The notes under the pieces: generated by a model
Database searches by the model: none
What the model saw: only the letters and a program-made list of their open reading frames with translations
Told to the model about the DNA's origin: nothing
Shown: positions 38,982 to 46,577 of the stretch, piece by piece
How the letters are laid out: each line of letters starts with the position of its first letter
How positions within the stretch are numbered: position 1 is the stretch's first letter
Position numbers and translations under genes: made by a program
Source of the DNA: Bacteroidaceae bacterium
Lineage (GTDB): Bacteria > Bacteroidota > Bacteroidia > Bacteroidales > Bacteroidaceae
DNA length: 64,000 nucleotides
Direction: 5' to 3'
Assembly: GCA_024398435.1 (NCBI GenBank)
Contig: JAKSJD010000006.1
Coordinates: 28,276 to 92,275, forward strand

Positions 38982-39013
38982 CCCCTATACGAATGACAAA
39001 GTTCGCATAGGGG
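38982..39013 (+). terminator. Hairpin terminator after the multidomain GH43 gene
   Basis: CCCCTATACGAA-TGACAAAG-TTCGCATAGGGG (one mismatch) followed by TTTTCTCTTTC. Confidence 0.65.
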
Positions 39014-39032
39014 TTTTCTCTTTCTTCTGTAG

Positions 39033-39122
39033 TCATTCGTCTATTTTCTTTGAAACCTTTTTCTATTCCCATTGAATCATTTGTCTATTTCAGTTAAAAC
39101 ATTTATTAATTTCCATTGTAAT
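39033..39122. repeat. Tandem block, 2 x 44 bp (readable as 4 x 22)
   Basis: TCATTCGTCTATTTTCTTTGAAAC+CTTTTTCTATTCCCATTGAA is followed by TCATTTGTCTATTTCAGTTAAAAC+ATTTATTAATTTCCATTGTAAT. Confidence 0.65.
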
Positions 39123-39130
39123 ATTTTGTA

Positions 39131-39217
39131 GTCATAACTTATGACTTTGTAGTCGCAACATTATGTCTTTCAAGTCATAAGGTTATGACTTGAAAGACAT
39201 AACTTATGACTCTAAAA
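39131..39217. repeat. Tandem array, 4 units of 21-22 bp with the GTCATAA-N-TTATGAC dyad; second copy of the element at 28435-28521
   Basis: Units are GTCATAACTTATGACTTTGTA, GTCGCAACATTATGTCTTTCAA, GTCATAAGGTTATGACTTGAAA and GACATAACTTATGACTCTAAAA. The unit-start spacing (21/22/22) is the same as at the 28-kb copy. Confidence 0.9.
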
Positions 39218-39262
39218 ATATTCTAGGAGAAAGATGTTTTGAAAATGGATGTTTTGGATTAT

Positions 39263-39317
39263 GTTTCCATATTGTTCCGATATTGTTCCCATGTTGTTTT
39301 TATGCTGTTTCCATGCT
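39263..39317. repeat. Five exact-period 11-bp tandem repeats (GTTYCNATRYT)
   Basis: GTTTCCATATT, GTTCCGATATT, GTTCCCATGTT, GTTTTTATGCT, GTTTCCATGCT. They are preceded by a 2 x 15-16 nt repeat: GATGTTTTGAAAATG / GATGTTTTGGATTATG (39233-39263). Confidence 0.85.
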
Positions 39318-39382
39318 TTTGGGCGAATACACATTATATAATATTACGCGTACGCGAGAAACTGGAAGAATGGCAAAAAGAA

Positions 39383-39413
39383 AGACGGTCCACTCGGAAT
39401 GAGCGAACCGTCT
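39383..39413 (-). terminator. Hairpin terminator downstream of the skp/ompH gene
   Basis: Minus strand AGACGGTTCGCTCATTCCGAGTGGACCGTCT followed by TTCTTTTTG. Confidence 0.6.
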
Positions 39414-39457
39414 AAACGATATTGTCGACTTAAATCCTTATGCTAAAGTCTATCGGA

Positions 39458-40099
39458 TTACTTATCTTTTTCTTCCTTGTCCTTCTTCTCAGCCTTAGCT
39501 GCCTTGTTGTAGCGCTTGTTGAGTACAGAAACAACTTCTTCTGTTACATCATATTGAGGAGCAGCATAAAGCACGTTGTCAATTCCTGATGACTTGCAAA
39601 GAATGAAGTCGTAGCCCTTTTCTTCTGCATAGCTTTGAACAAAGTTCTTGATTGTATCAGTCAAAGCCTGGAATTCCTTACTATATTCTTCTTCGAGAGA
39701 AGTAGAAAGGCGAGCCTGAAGAGCCTCTATATCTTGCTGAAGCTTCTGAAGACGAGCCTGCTCGCTCTCATACTGCTGCTGAGTGATTGAGTTTGACTGA
39801 ACCTTACGCTGGAACTCCTGAACCTGATTTGCAAAGTTCTTTCCCTTCTCGTTGATAGTATTCTCTGCATTTGCCTTCTTCTTTGTGAACACTTCTTCGA
39901 GGTCCTTACATTTCTGATACTGATTTGTAAGAGTGTCGATAAGGACATAAGCAATCTTAAGGTCTTTCTGAACTGACTCTTCAGCAACTTCTGATTCGTT
40001 TGCTTCAGCTTTTGTTTCCTTTGAATCGCATGAAGTAGCTACTGCTACTGCTGCCAACATGAAAAGTCCGCTAAGGACTGAATAAATAGTCTTCTTCAT
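39458..40099 (-). CDS. OmpH/Skp-family periplasmic chaperone (lipoprotein-type signal)
   Basis: 213 aa. Signal peptide with ...VATSCDS, a long Lys/Glu/Gln-rich coiled coil, and a ...GYDFIL... block typical of OmpH. Confidence 0.75.
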   Translation of the reverse strand: MKKTIYSVLSGLFMLAAVAVATSCDSKETKAEANESEVAEESVQKDLKIAYVLIDTLTNQYQKCKDLEEVFTKKKANAENTINEKGKNFANQVQEFQRKVQSNSITQQQYESEQARLQKLQQDIEALQARLSTSLEEEYSKEFQALTDTIKNFVQSYAEEKGYDFILCKSSGIDNVLYAAPQYDVTEEVVSVLNKRYNKAAKAEKKDKEEKDK

Positions 40100-40149
40100 T
40101 GTTTATTGTTTAAATGTATTTACTTTTCTTCTTTCTTCAAAAATTCTTA

Positions 40150-40359
40150 TCACTCCTTCTCCTTTATTGCTTTCGGGTTGTCCATTCGAGCCATTCGGTC
40201 CTGACTCTGAACACATGTGACTCCCCTATCTCGCATAGCCTTATTCCTCGAAACATGAGTCTGCGGAAATCTGCCGTTCTTCTTAAAAATGATTCTTATA
40301 CATAAAAAAAACACGCATATCGCAAGAATTATCGCGCTAATGAGGAAGAGTTTCAACAT
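40150..40359 (-). CDS. Small (69 aa) single-pass membrane protein, function unknown
   Basis: N-terminal TM segment LFLISAIILAICVFFLCI, then a basic tail containing ...HVSRNKAMRDRGVTCVQSQDR... A -7 box (40378-40385, minus strand) lies 18 nt upstream. Confidence 0.5.
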   Translation of the reverse strand: MLKLFLISAIILAICVFFLCIRIIFKKNGRFPQTHVSRNKAMRDRGVTCVQSQDRMARMDNPKAIKEKE

Positions 40360-40514
40360 TATTTACTAAATTTGCTGCAAAGATACGAATTATTCTTTAT
40401 TCATAATAAATTATTAATGATTATTTAACAAAAAAGAGCCTTACGCTATCTACTTATAGCCAATGGCACGAAAAAATAAGGAAAATACATAATTAAAAAA
40501 TATAAAATAAGACT

Positions 40515-41963
40515 ATGGAACTGAAACCAAAAGCTGTGTTCGACTATTTCGGACAAATCAACAAGGTGCCTCGTCCTTCCAAACACGAGGAAAAAATGAT
40601 TGCCTTCTTGCAGGAATTTGCAAAGAACAACAATTTGGAATGCAAGACAGATGAAGCAGGAAACGTTCTCATCAGCAAAGCTGCAACTCCAGGAATGGAA
40701 GACCGTGCCATTATCTGCCTTCAGGCCCACATGGACATGGTATGCGAAAAGAACAGTGACAGAGTAATTGACTTCACAACAGATCCTATCGAAAGCTATG
40801 TAGATGGAGAATGGATGAGAGCCAAAGGCACTACCCTTGGAGCTGATGACGGTATTGGAATAGCTATTGCAATGGCTGCTCTTACTGATCCAGAACTAAA
40901 GCACGGACCTATCGAATGCCTGTTCACAAGAGATGAGGAAACTGGTCTTACAGGTGCTGAAGCCATCCAACCAGGATTCATGACAGCAAAATATTTGCTC
41001 AATCTTGACAGTGAAGACGAAGGCGAAATCTTCATCGGATGTGCCGGAGGCGTAAATTCCGACATTGAATTCGAATATTTTGCACAGGAAATCGAAGAAG
41101 ACTATGTAGCTCTCAAAGTTACTGTTGACAAGTTGACCGGTGGACATTCAGGCGACGACATCAACAAAAACAGAGCCAATGCCAATAAGGTACTCGCCCG
41201 TTTCCTTCATAACGAATTCAACAAGTTCGACCTCCACCTCGTCAGCATTGATGGCGGAAACCTCCACAATGCAATTCCTCGCCATGCAGAAGCAATAATA
41301 GCAGTACCAGAAAGCGCCAAACACGAGGTAAGAAGCGACTTCAACATCTTTGCAGCAGAGATTCAAGACGAATATCACGTTACTGAACCAAACGTGGAAT
41401 TCACAATGGAATCAGTGGAAAAACCAGAAACTGCAATCGACGACATTACTGCCTACAACCTCATCGAATCTTTGCATGCAGCACAGAATGGCGTATTCGA
41501 ATGGAGTCAGGACATTCCTAACTTCGTCGAAACATCAAGCAACCTTGCAAGTGTAAAGATGCCTGAAGACGGAAAGATTAAGATTGTCATCAGTCAGAGA
41601 AGTTCCACAAAGAGCCAGCTCGACTGCATTTGCAGTGTACTAGCAGCTACTTTCACCATTGCCGGAGCTGATGTTCTCATCAATGACGGTTATCCAGGAT
41701 GGAAACCAAACCCAGACTCTACAATTCTGAAACTTGCTGTAGAAAAGTACAAGACTTTGTTTGGCAAGGAACCAAAGGTAAGAGCCATTCATGCCGGACT
41801 TGAATGCGGCCTCTTCTCGGAAAAGTACCCAAGCATGGATATGATAAGCTTTGGTCCTACTCTTCGCGGAGTTCACTCTCCTGACGAATGTCTTCTCATC
41901 CCAACCGTTGAAATGGTTTGGAAGCATCTCGTTGCAATTCTAGAAGACGCTCCTAAGCGGTAA
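40515..41963 (+). CDS. pepD: Aminoacyl-histidine dipeptidase (M20 family, Xaa-His dipeptidase)
   Basis: 482 aa. FDYFGQINKVPRPSKHEEK..., LQAHMDMV, GADDGIGIA and FTRDEETGLTGA are typical PepD blocks. Confidence 0.9.
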   Translation: MELKPKAVFDYFGQINKVPRPSKHEEKMIAFLQEFAKNNNLECKTDEAGNVLISKAATPGMEDRAIICLQAHMDMVCEKNSDRVIDFTTDPIESYVDGEWMRAKGTTLGADDGIGIAIAMAALTDPELKHGPIECLFTRDEETGLTGAEAIQPGFMTAKYLLNLDSEDEGEIFIGCAGGVNSDIEFEYFAQEIEEDYVALKVTVDKLTGGHSGDDINKNRANANKVLARFLHNEFNKFDLHLVSIDGGNLHNAIPRHAEAIIAVPESAKHEVRSDFNIFAAEIQDEYHVTEPNVEFTMESVEKPETAIDDITAYNLIESLHAAQNGVFEWSQDIPNFVETSSNLASVKMPEDGKIKIVISQRSSTKSQLDCICSVLAATFTIAGADVLINDGYPGWKPNPDSTILKLAVEKYKTLFGKEPKVRAIHAGLECGLFSEKYPSMDMISFGPTLRGVHSPDECLLIPTVEMVWKHLVAILEDAPKR

Positions 41964-42023
41964 GACTCATAGCCCCCTCTCCTTCCGTCATCAATCAAGG
42001 AGAGAGGGCTTAACTCTTAATAG

Positions 42024-43046
42024 ATGAAGCATTTACTATCTATATTGCTGCTATTCACTTGTTGCAATATTTACGGACAAGTAGAACTGAAAAAGCAGAA
42101 GAACATCTCCCGCATGGGCATTCCATATGGCAATTACAGTGGAATAACTCATGTGGAAGGCGACTTATATGCTATTGTCAGTGATAAGGACGAAGCCGAC
42201 GGCTTCCACTTCCTGAATATAGACATCAACCTTGAGACAGGCAAGATAAAGAATGTGGCAATAAGCGAACCAGCCAAGTTCAAAGAGAATCTTGAACGAG
42301 TAAGACAATCAAGGCAAAATCAAAGAGACACAGAAGGAATCTGCTACAGAAAGGATTCGAACTCATTCTTCATTTCAGGCGAGGCCGACCAACAGATTCT
42401 CGAATACTCATTCGAAGGGCTTCCAACTGGTAAAAGCCTATCGATTCCAGTCGAATTTTCAGTTGACAACATCAACACGAACAGAGGATTTGAGGCTTTG
42501 ACCTACAATGGAAACACACATCTATTCTGGACAACAACAGAATTACCTTTGAAACTAAATTCAGACAATACAATAAAGCTCCAGAGTTTCTCCGATGATT
42601 TGCAGCCTCAACGCCAATTCTATTACAAGATAGAATATCCTTTGCTTAATAAAAAGGCATCGAACTTTGTCTATGGAGTGCCTGATTTACTGGCACTTGA
42701 CGATGGGCGGCTTATTGTGGTGGAAAGAGAAGTTGTAGTCACTTATAAGTATCTCGGAAGCTATTGTATAGTAAAGTTGTACATTGTCAACCCTAATGAA
42801 AACATACACGAATCGACTATTCTCCAAAAGACATTATTAGCTGAATTCAAGACAAAATTGGCAATAGGCAAAATGAACTTCGCCAACTATGAAGGAATCT
42901 GCATAGGACCAAAACTAAATGACGGAAGACAAACCATCATACTTATCAATGATTCCCAAAACGGGGAAGGCAACAAACTCTATCGAGCAAAGGATTATCT
43001 CAAAGTAATCGTTTTGGATAAAATCGTCACAAAAGATGATGAATGA
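42024..43046 (+). CDS. Secreted esterase-like-activity-of-phytase family protein (beta-propeller)
   Basis: 340 aa with a signal peptide. The blocks TEGICY, NRGFEALTY and NYEGICIGP are those I associate with Pfam Phytase-like (PF13449). Confidence 0.6.
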   Translation: MKHLLSILLLFTCCNIYGQVELKKQKNISRMGIPYGNYSGITHVEGDLYAIVSDKDEADGFHFLNIDINLETGKIKNVAISEPAKFKENLERVRQSRQNQRDTEGICYRKDSNSFFISGEADQQILEYSFEGLPTGKSLSIPVEFSVDNINTNRGFEALTYNGNTHLFWTTTELPLKLNSDNTIKLQSFSDDLQPQRQFYYKIEYPLLNKKASNFVYGVPDLLALDDGRLIVVEREVVVTYKYLGSYCIVKLYIVNPNENIHESTILQKTLLAEFKTKLAIGKMNFANYEGICIGPKLNDGRQTIILINDSQNGEGNKLYRAKDYLKVIVLDKIVTKDDE

Positions 43047-43143
43047 AACTTGATTAAGGAATATTTGCCCACTTCCCTATTGTATATATAAAAAATAATG
43101 TGTATCTTTGCAAGCAAAATATAAACCGCAAGAAAACAACAAT

Positions 43144-44676
43144 ATGAAGTTAGTCAAAACATTATTAGCTTCGGCCATTATGGTATGTGGCATTTCATCC
43201 GCTATGGCCCAAAATCCAATCATTTGTGACAGGTATACTCCCGACCCAGCACCTTATGTTCATGGAGATACCCTTTATCTCTTCGTCGACCACGATGAGC
43301 AGGAAGATATCGGCTATTTCAATATGAAAGACTGGTTGCTATATAGTACAGTGGACATGGTAAACTGGACTTATAGGGGAACACCTGTAACCACCAAAAC
43401 ATTCAAGTGGGCAAAACAAGGCAACGATGCATGGGCAAGCCAGTGTATCGAACGCAATGGCAAATGGTATTGGTATGTAACTGCCACTGTTGCCAATGGT
43501 GGATATCCAGGAATCGGTGTTGCTGTAGCCAATAAACCAGAAGGACCATACCGTGACCCAATAGGCAAACCAGTCGCACAAGGCTGGGGATTCATCGATC
43601 CATCAGTATTCATCGATGATGATGGTCAGGCATATCTCTTCTGGGGCAACAATGGTTTGTGGTATGCAAAATTGAGTAGGACTATGACTTCCATATCTGG
43701 CGGACAGATTGAAGTTAAGAGTAATGACGAATCAGCATTCGGTCCTTCCACAAAATTTGATGACAACGGAAACAAGAAGACCAACTTCGAAGAAGCATCT
43801 TGGATTTATAAGATTGGTGATACTTATTATCTTGAATATGCAGCAGGTGGAGTACCAGAACATATGGCCTACTCTACTGCCAAGAACATAAAAGGTCCTT
43901 GGACTTATCAAGGCAAGATTATGGGTACAGCCGATGGTAGTTTCACGATTCACGGTGGAAGTGTCAACTTCAAGGGACACAATTATATGTTCTACCACAA
44001 CGGAAAACTTCCTGGCGGAGGCGGTTTCCGTCGTTCCACTTGTATTGAAGAGTTCACTCGCAAAGAAGACGGAAGCATTCCTTTCATCAATTTCACAACA
44101 AAGGGTGTAAACCCTATTCAAACTCTCAATCCATACGAACTCCAGGAAGCAGAAACAATCAACCAAAGCAGTGGAATCCTTTGCGAAGGCGACGGAACGA
44201 CAAATTATGTTACCAACATCGACAATTCGGGCGACTACATCAAAGTACGCAACATCGACTTTGGCGAGCTCGGTGCGTCCAAGATTAAGGTTCGCGTTGC
44301 TTCCGGAGCTTCAAGAAACGTTAAAATGCTCGTACGCCTCACTTCAAAAAGCGGAAAGATTCTCGGTACGATAACTATTGCCCCTACTGGTGGAGAATTT
44401 GAATGGACAGATCTCGAAGTTGACCTTTCCGCAAAAGTCACTGGAGTTCACGACATTGTATTCGCTTTCTCTGGCGTAAGTTCTATTGCAAGTTTCAATT
44501 TTGACAATTGGCAATTCACGGAATATGCAGATGCTATTGAAAGCATTAAGGCTGATGAGATGCTGAAAAGTGCCGTTTTCGACCTTGAGGGGACAAAAAT
44601 TGCCAATAGTTTGGACGAAGTTACAGGACACAAGAGAATCGTTATCTCTAACGGCAAAAAATACTTTATAAAATAA
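43144..44676 (+). CDS. GH43 arabinofuranosidase/xylosidase-type enzyme with a CBM6-like domain and a T9SS-like C-terminal tail
   Basis: I prefer the ATG at 43144 (MKLVKTLLASAIMVCGISSAMAQ; 510 aa). NPIICDRYTPDPAPYVHGDTLYLFVDHD is the GH43 start. NPYELQEAETINQSSG...YIKVRNIDFG is CBM6-like. The tail reads ...VFDLEGTKIANSLDEVTGHKRIVISNGKKYFIK. Confidence 0.85.
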   Translation: MKLVKTLLASAIMVCGISSAMAQNPIICDRYTPDPAPYVHGDTLYLFVDHDEQEDIGYFNMKDWLLYSTVDMVNWTYRGTPVTTKTFKWAKQGNDAWASQCIERNGKWYWYVTATVANGGYPGIGVAVANKPEGPYRDPIGKPVAQGWGFIDPSVFIDDDGQAYLFWGNNGLWYAKLSRTMTSISGGQIEVKSNDESAFGPSTKFDDNGNKKTNFEEASWIYKIGDTYYLEYAAGGVPEHMAYSTAKNIKGPWTYQGKIMGTADGSFTIHGGSVNFKGHNYMFYHNGKLPGGGGFRRSTCIEEFTRKEDGSIPFINFTTKGVNPIQTLNPYELQEAETINQSSGILCEGDGTTNYVTNIDNSGDYIKVRNIDFGELGASKIKVRVASGASRNVKMLVRLTSKSGKILGTITIAPTGGEFEWTDLEVDLSAKVTGVHDIVFAFSGVSSIASFNFDNWQFTEYADAIESIKADEMLKSAVFDLEGTKIANSLDEVTGHKRIVISNGKKYFIK

Positions 44677-44760
44677 TGATAAATGTTTGGTCATTTCAAA
44701 TATTTGATGTATATTTGCAACGAAATTAAAATGAGTATTAACAACAATAAAATAACCGAC

Positions 44761-46353
44761 ATGAAAACCTTCAAATTCATCGTGGCAAGCATGATAGCTC
44801 TCTGCTCTTTTGCTATGCCTGCTAATGCACAGACAACAACGTGCATCAACCCTCTAACCTACACTGACATCCCTGATAATGATGTCATCAGAGTAGACGA
44901 CGACTACTACATGGTCAGCACAACAATGTTCTTCTGCCCAGGTGCTCCTATCATGCACTCAAAGGACCTTGTACACTGGAGAATCGTGAACTATGTGTAC
45001 GACTATCTCGCAGATGATGACATCTATAATCTTAGAAACGGAAAGAACGCATACGGTAAAGGTCAATGGGCCACCACAATACGCTATGTTGACGGAACAT
45101 ATTACGTTCTCTTCATCGCTAACGACCAACACAAAACCTATGTTTACCGCACAAACGACATCATGAACGGCAAATGGGAAAGAAACGAAATCGCAGGAGC
45201 TTTCTTCCACGATGCTTCCCTTCTCTTCGACAACGACGGAAAAGTCTATGTAGTTTATGGCAATGGCGAACTCCACATCACAGAATTACTTCCTGACCTT
45301 ACAGGCATAAAGGAAGGCGGTATTAACCAAGTGCTTATTGCCACTCCTCGCCAGGGCTTCGGACTTCGTGCAGAAGGTGCTCACTTCTATCATATTGGCG
45401 AATACTACTATGTAATCGATATCGACTGGCCAAGCGGCAAGCCTCGTACAGAACGTTGCTGGAGAAGCAAGAACCTCCTTGGTCCATACGAAGACAAAGT
45501 AATCCTTCAGGGTGCATTTGATGGTCGTGGCGATGGTGTTGCACAAGGTGCAATCTTCGACACACAAAATGGCGACTGGTATGCAGTTATGTTCCAGGAC
45601 CATGGTGCTGTAGGTCGTGTCCCTACCCTTCAGCCAATGAAGTGGGTAGACGGTTGGCCAATCCTTGGCGACAATACAGTTCCTGTTAAGCAGTTTGAGG
45701 TAAATCTTCCTGAAAGCGGAGAAAACTGGACTTGGGACAATGACGAATTCGACTATACTGCTAATGACGAACTCGCACTTGTTTGGCAGTGGAACCACAA
45801 GCCAATCAACGACAAGTGGTCGGTTACAGAGCGAAAGGGATGGATGCGTCTGCACTCAAATCCTGCAACAAACATCTTCGATGCCCGCAACACATTGACT
45901 CAGCGCACAGTTGGCCCTCGTTGTTACAGCGAAGTCAAGATGGATGCATCAAAGATGAAGCCAGGCGATAAGGCAGGTCTTTGTGCTTTCCAAGCCAACA
46001 ACTGCACAATTGGAGTTGAAGTAGACAATAATGGAAAGAAGTTCATCGTAGCAACTTCAGGTACAAGAAGAGAATCAAAGGATGTTTTGCGCATTCCTCT
46101 CAAGGGCAAGAAAATATGGCTCAAGATGAAATACGTGTTCACTCCTCAGGCCGACGACACTTGTGGACCAGACAAGGCATTCATGAGCTACTCACTTGAC
46201 GGCAAGAAGTGGATTGACATCAACGACCAACTTGGCATGAGATTCACTCTCGACCTCTTCGTAGGTTATCGTTCTGCCCTCTATTGCTACAACACTAACG
46301 GAAGCGAAGGTGGTTTTGCCGACTTCGACTACTTCCACCAGTGGACATACTAA
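44761..46353 (+). CDS. GH43 beta-xylosidase/arabinofuranosidase-type enzyme with a C-terminal beta-sandwich domain
   Basis: I prefer the ATG at 44761 (MKTFKFIVASMIALCSFAMPANAQ; 530 aa). NPLTYTDIPDNDVIRVDDDYYMVSTTMFFCPGAPIMHSKDLVHW and EGAHFYHIGEYYYV are typical GH43 blocks. Confidence 0.85.
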   Translation: MKTFKFIVASMIALCSFAMPANAQTTTCINPLTYTDIPDNDVIRVDDDYYMVSTTMFFCPGAPIMHSKDLVHWRIVNYVYDYLADDDIYNLRNGKNAYGKGQWATTIRYVDGTYYVLFIANDQHKTYVYRTNDIMNGKWERNEIAGAFFHDASLLFDNDGKVYVVYGNGELHITELLPDLTGIKEGGINQVLIATPRQGFGLRAEGAHFYHIGEYYYVIDIDWPSGKPRTERCWRSKNLLGPYEDKVILQGAFDGRGDGVAQGAIFDTQNGDWYAVMFQDHGAVGRVPTLQPMKWVDGWPILGDNTVPVKQFEVNLPESGENWTWDNDEFDYTANDELALVWQWNHKPINDKWSVTERKGWMRLHSNPATNIFDARNTLTQRTVGPRCYSEVKMDASKMKPGDKAGLCAFQANNCTIGVEVDNNGKKFIVATSGTRRESKDVLRIPLKGKKIWLKMKYVFTPQADDTCGPDKAFMSYSLDGKKWIDINDQLGMRFTLDLFVGYRSALYCYNTNGSEGGFADFDYFHQWTY

Positions 46354-46370
46354 TTCATAGCAAACCAAAC

Positions 46371-46409
46371 GAATGGCAGCTGTCTTTCCATACAAAGGCA
46401 GCTGCATTC
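46371..46409. terminator. Strong hairpin after the GH43 gene (no clean T-run)
   Basis: GAATG(G)CAGCTG...CAGCTGCATTC gives an 11-bp stem with one bulge. Confidence 0.4.
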
Positions 46410-46440
46410 GAAATAAAGAGCATTGCTCGTCTGCAAAAAA

Positions 46441-46531
46441 GAACGCGGTTCGCAGGGTAAAACATCGCGGTTCGAAGACCGATTTCTCGCGGTTCGTGAC
46501 CCAATGTTTCGCAATGTTTTTCACATATATT
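46441..46531. repeat. Tandem array, 4 units of 22 bp (CGCGGTTCG at 46444, 46466, 46488; CGCAATGTT at 46510); its reverse complement shares words with the array at 56637-56702
   Basis: Units are GAACGCGGTTCGCAGGGTAAAACA, TCGCGGTTCGAAGACCGATTTC and TCGCGGTTCGTGACCCAATGTT, then a degenerate unit starting TCGCAATG. The reverse complement contains CACGAACCGCGAGAAAT. Confidence 0.85.
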
Positions 46532-46577
46532 CCTTAATATTATAAGGATTAACAAAAAGCAATAATTAGATAAAAAT

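Noticed and set aside
39190-39402. 70-aa ORF in the track (MKDITYDSKNILGERCFENGCFGLCFHIVPILFPCCFYAV...)
   Set aside because: It runs through the palindromic array, the 15-nt repeats and the five 11-bp repeats. It lies between two convergent terminators and its periodic peptide is a repeat artefact.
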